A stretch of 39,374 bases of DNA, from UHGV virus genome UHGV-0391889. One strand, written 5' to 3'. Position 1 is the first letter of the stretch; each line of letters begins with the position of its first letter. The DNA comes from a virus. The notes beneath the pieces are model-generated. The model saw only the letters and a program-made list of their open reading frames with translations. It was not told where the DNA came from and made no database searches. Positions 38,360 to 39,374 of the stretch are shown one piece after another. The translations under genes were made by a program, and so were the position numbers.

Positions 38360-39036
38360 GCAAATACACCGAACTAATCACGAACTACCACGCCACCAAA
38401 CCTAAATTTCTTGCGCATGTTGATCTGATGACCCGGCCACTTATTGATGTTGCGGCTGCCACCAGAGGGCTGATTACTGCATTTGATATTGACTCTGCGG
38501 TTGGTGTGCAACTTGACATTCTGGGATTGTGGATCGGACGTAGCCGTGTTGTCAGCCAGCCTATCTCAGGTGTCTATTTCAGCTGGGATACCGACGGGCT
38601 TGGATATGATCAGGGGGTATGGCAGGGACCATACGATCCTGATTCAGGATACATGTATCTCAGCGATGAAACTTATCGTGTCATTCTTAAAGCGAAGATT
38701 GCGATTAATAACTGGGACGGACGGAATGATTCGCTTCCGGCAATTCTTGACGCGGCAACAGCAGGATCCGGGCTGCGAATGCAGATAGTCGATAACCAGG
38801 ACATGACGATATCGGTCTGGGTCTTTCCTGATACTGATATTTCAGATGTATCGCGTGAGTTAATTGCGGCAATTAAACAGGGGTATCTAACAGTAAAAGC
38901 CGCCGGGGTATGGGCGGGGGGCATTGAAACACCTTCGGTGGAAACTCCATCGGAAGGCTCTAAATTTTTTGGTTTTGACATGGATAACGAATTCATCAGT
39001 GGTTTTGATGTAGGGGCATGGGGAGTATTACTCTGA
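38356..39036 (+). CDS. Baseplate / tail protein I-like (DUF2313-type)
   Basis: 226 aa immediately upstream of the tail fibre gene. Confidence 0.7.
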   Translation: MSKYTELITNYHATKPKFLAHVDLMTRPLIDVAAATRGLITAFDIDSAVGVQLDILGLWIGRSRVVSQPISGVYFSWDTDGLGYDQGVWQGPYDPDSGYMYLSDETYRVILKAKIAINNWDGRNDSLPAILDAATAGSGLRMQIVDNQDMTISVWVFPDTDISDVSRELIAAIKQGYLTVKAAGVWAGGIETPSVETPSEGSKFFGFDMDNEFISGFDVGAWGVLL

Positions 39037-39374
39037 TGGCGAAAAATGACTTTAAAGCGTTTGCAACTGATCGAAATGCCAATGTTATGTCGCAGGAGGA
39101 ATGGGAAGCGTTGCCTGCGCTTATATCCGGATTTACAGCAGGGAAAGCATCCAGTGCGCAAGTCAATAAGGTTATTCGGCAGGCCAGCTTTATTGCTGCA
39201 GCTCTGGCCCAGTTTGTAAGTGATAAAACGCAACGGGATGTGCTTGATAATGGTGATCTGCCCGGTTTTGTTGAATTGCTGGGATCGGGGTTTGCTGTTG
39301 AATACCTGAGCCGCAAGAATCCGTTTGGTGATATCAAATCGGATGGCACGGTGAAAACGGCTCTCGAAAACCTT
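39036..39374 (+). CDS. Tail fibre protein, N-terminal part (runs off the window)
   Basis: ATG overlaps the upstream stop; MAKNDFKAFATDRNANVMSQEEWEALPALISGFTAGKASSAQVNK resembles the conserved N-terminus of side tail fibre proteins. Confidence 0.7.
   Translation, partial: MAKNDFKAFATDRNANVMSQEEWEALPALISGFTAGKASSAQVNKVIRQASFIAAALAQFVSDKTQRDVLDNGDLPGFVELLGSGFAVEYLSRKNPFGDIKSDGTVKTALENL

Noticed and set aside
1-39374. CRISPR arrays, IS elements or transposase genes
   Set aside because: No regularly spaced direct repeats and no transposase-like ORFs were seen; the only site-specific recombinases are the phage integrase and the Pin invertase.

Overview
The window looks like a near-complete temperate phage or prophage genome, read in a circularly permuted order, with no host genes visible. 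From left to right it contains: a Pin-type DNA invertase (69-623); an AT-rich attP-like region with repeated arm-type motifs; a leftward early operon (int, xis, ydaC-like, ralR, recT, recE, racC, ydaE-like, kilR) that strongly resembles the E. coli Rac prophage; an immunity switch (repressor on the minus strand, Cro-like YdaS and YdaT on the plus strand); a replication module (YdaU-like initiator with iteron-like palindromes, DnaC-like loader); a run of small translationally coupled accessory genes including an HNH endonuclease; a hok/mok-type type I toxin locus; a nin-like region ending in a Q-like antiterminator with a pR'-like promoter and tR'-like terminator; a lysis cassette (holin, lambda R-like endolysin, Rz, overlapped Rz1); and a rightward late operon (terminase small and large subunits, portal, head morphogenesis protein, scaffold, major capsid, sheath, tube, frameshifted tail chaperone, tape measure, baseplate gpV/W/J/I-like proteins, start of a tail fibre). 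No rRNA, tRNA, CRISPR array or IS element could be recognised. All family assignments come from reading the translated ORFs and from recalled protein families; none was confirmed by a search. The most interesting candidates for something undescribed are two paralogous signal-peptide proteins with their own terminator inserted inside the baseplate cluster (35266-36035), the accessory gene run at 12300-14677, the hok locus, and the variable slots between kilR and the repressor and between Q and the holin.
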